From Chiloscyllium plagiosum (lineage: Eukaryota), in the NCBI RefSeq assembly GCF_004010195.1, contig NC_057719.1, positions 79,935,080 to 79,999,079 on the forward strand: 64,000 bases of DNA, in the 5' to 3' direction. Every line of letters begins with the position of its first letter. Position 1 is the first letter of the stretch. A program made the translations under genes and the position numbers. Below, piece after piece: positions 62,860-64,000 of the stretch. The notes beneath the pieces were generated by a model. That model was not told the origin of the DNA, did no database searches, and saw nothing but the letters and a program-made list of their open reading frames with translations.

Positions 62860-63830
62860 AACAAAGCGGGAAATGTCTATAGATCCCACAGGGATCTGTG
62901 CTCGGTCCCTTATTATTCATGATATATATAAAGGATATAGATGACATTTGTGGGAGAGGTGGTAAGTTTGTGGATGGAAGAGATTGGCTAGGTGGTTGAC
63001 GATGAAGTGGGGGGGGGGTGTTTGGGTTTCAGGAAAATATAAATGGATTGGTCAGATGTGCAGATCAGTGGTAGATGGAACTTAACCTGGATAAATGTAA
63101 GGTAATGCAAGGAAGAAGACAAGGGTGTACTGAATGAGGACACTAGGAAGGAACAGAGGAACATGGGGATTTTGGAGTGCTTGTCCACAGATCATTGAAG
63201 GCAGCAGGACAGATTAACAGGATGGTTAAGAAGGCATGTGGGACACTTGCCTTTATCAGCCTTGGCACAGATTATAAGGACAGGGAAGTTATGTTGAATC
63301 TATACAGAACTTTGGCTAGGCCACAGCTGGAGTAGTGTGCAGTTCTGTCACCAAACTATAAGAAGGATGTGATTGAACTGGAGTGGGTGCAGTGTAGATT
63401 CACCAGGATGTTGCTCGGAATGGGGCATTTTAGCTCTGAAGAGAAGCTGGATTGGTTTAGGTTGTTTTCTTGGGAGCAGGGAAGGGAGAATTTGATTGAG
63501 AATATCTGGGGCATGGACAGGGTGGATAGGAAACAGCTGTTCCCCTCAGTTGAACAGTCAATAGCATTGGGGCATAACTTTAAAATGAAAGCCAGGAGCT
63601 TTAGAGGGCATTTGAAGAAAAGGATTTTCATCCGGGAGGGTGCTGGGGGTCTCAAATGCACAGACTGGGAGAGTAGGAGGCAGGAAGTCTCCCAAACTTT
63701 AAACATTACTTGGACCAGTGCTTGAAATGTCATAACATTCACAGCTTTGGGCCTAGTGTGGGACTACTGTAGAGGTAGCAGTCTGCTTTTGGTGATACAG
63801 ACTCGATAAGCAGAAGGCCCTCTTCAATAC
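62860..63830 (+). mobile_element. Degenerate CR1 RT/3' fragment
   Basis: PQGSVLGP; LYRTLARPQLE; IELEWVQCRFTRMLLGM. Confidence 0.82.
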
Positions 63831-63861
63831 TGGATGATTCAATGGGATAGGCAGTATATAA

Positions 63862-63948
63862 GAAGGGCTAATGCCCGAAACGTCAATTCTCCTGTTCCCT
63901 AGATGCTGCCTGACCTGCTGCGCTTCTCCAGCAACACATTTCCATCTC
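63862..63948 (+). mobile_element. 87-bp PLE pLTR micro-insertion
   Basis: Perfect 15-bp TSD ATAGGCAGTATATAA at 63847-63861 and 63949-63963; starts inside the hammerhead core (AAGAAGGGCTAATGCCCGAAACGTC). Confidence 0.85.
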
Positions 63949-64000
63949 ATAGGCAGTATATAACACATGCAACTTGTATAATGCGGTAACTCTGGAAGAG

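Overview
Eukaryotic, repeat-dense vertebrate DNA with two N gaps. The repeat content (HE1/V-SINEs, HER1/CR1 LINEs, DeuSINE relics, Penelope-like elements) points to a cartilaginous fish, probably a carpet/bamboo shark; this is inferred from recalled repeat families, not from a search. I found no intact protein-coding gene. The only recognisable host gene is a decayed two-exon GPR139/GPR142-like class A GPCR pseudogene (7.4-8.7 kb). The rest is mostly nested transposons: a near full-length CR1, many CR1 fragments, Rex1/Babar, a pogo transposase fossil, a Tigger-type MITE, and Penelope-like elements with minimal hammerhead-ribozyme motifs. The most unusual structures are: (i) a ~2.6-kb 25-bp tandem array with an internal inversion that ends in a retroposon-like tail also seen at ~52 kb, suggesting an SVA-like VNTR-carrying non-autonomous retroposon family; (ii) many tiny, TSD-flanked, often fold-back Penelope pLTR/hammerhead insertions; (iii) short locally templated insertions. 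Boundaries of degenerate repeats are approximate and read by eye.
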